A stretch of DNA of 64,000 bases, taken from Guillardia theta CCMP2712. Taxonomy: Eukaryota; Protista; Cryptophyta. Below the pieces are notes generated by a model. The model ran no database searches. It had not been told where the DNA came from and worked only from the letters and a program-made list of their open reading frames with translations. The stretch's first letter is position 1. Every line of letters starts with the position of its first letter. Shown piece by piece: positions 59,558 through 64,000 of this stretch. The stretch lies in assembly GCF_000315625.1 (NCBI RefSeq), contig NW_005434518.1:13809-77808 (forward strand), in the 5' to 3' direction. Both the position numbers and the translations under genes were made by a program.

Positions 59558-64000
<4,443 letters not shown>

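Overview
Eukaryotic nuclear DNA with dense, very short (~40-60 nt) GT-AG introns, microsatellite-filled longer introns, a signal-plus-transit-peptide plastid protein and four N-gaps. This points to an alga with a complex plastid, most like a cryptophyte (inference). Genes read from the sequence: a histone-fold protein (partial), an intronless FkbM-family methyltransferase, a multi-reader chromatin protein (Tudor / SAND-TDBD-RAMA-like / MBD-like / C2H2), a small ankyrin protein with a possible N-acylation motif, a signal peptide-MOLO1/TPM-TMEM65 fusion, a Cys/His-cluster orphan, a PAP/fibrillin protein, the PP2A A subunit, a long-chain acyl-CoA synthetase, an ATG22-like MFS transporter, a hypothetical multi-exon gene, a probable FANCA homologue and a double-DUF179 protein (partial). 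Two near-identical tandem arrays of orphan ORFs fill about 21 kb. Array 1 (2.4-13.7 kb) has nine copies of a ~130-aa intronless ORF separated by two alternative, distantly related spacers, one of which appears to hide a 4-exon gene absent from the ORF track. Array 2 (41.4-51.1 kb) has at least four ~2.7-kb units with a 474-aa intronless ORF. Exon structures and domain calls were made by eye and from remembered family motifs; no searches were run.
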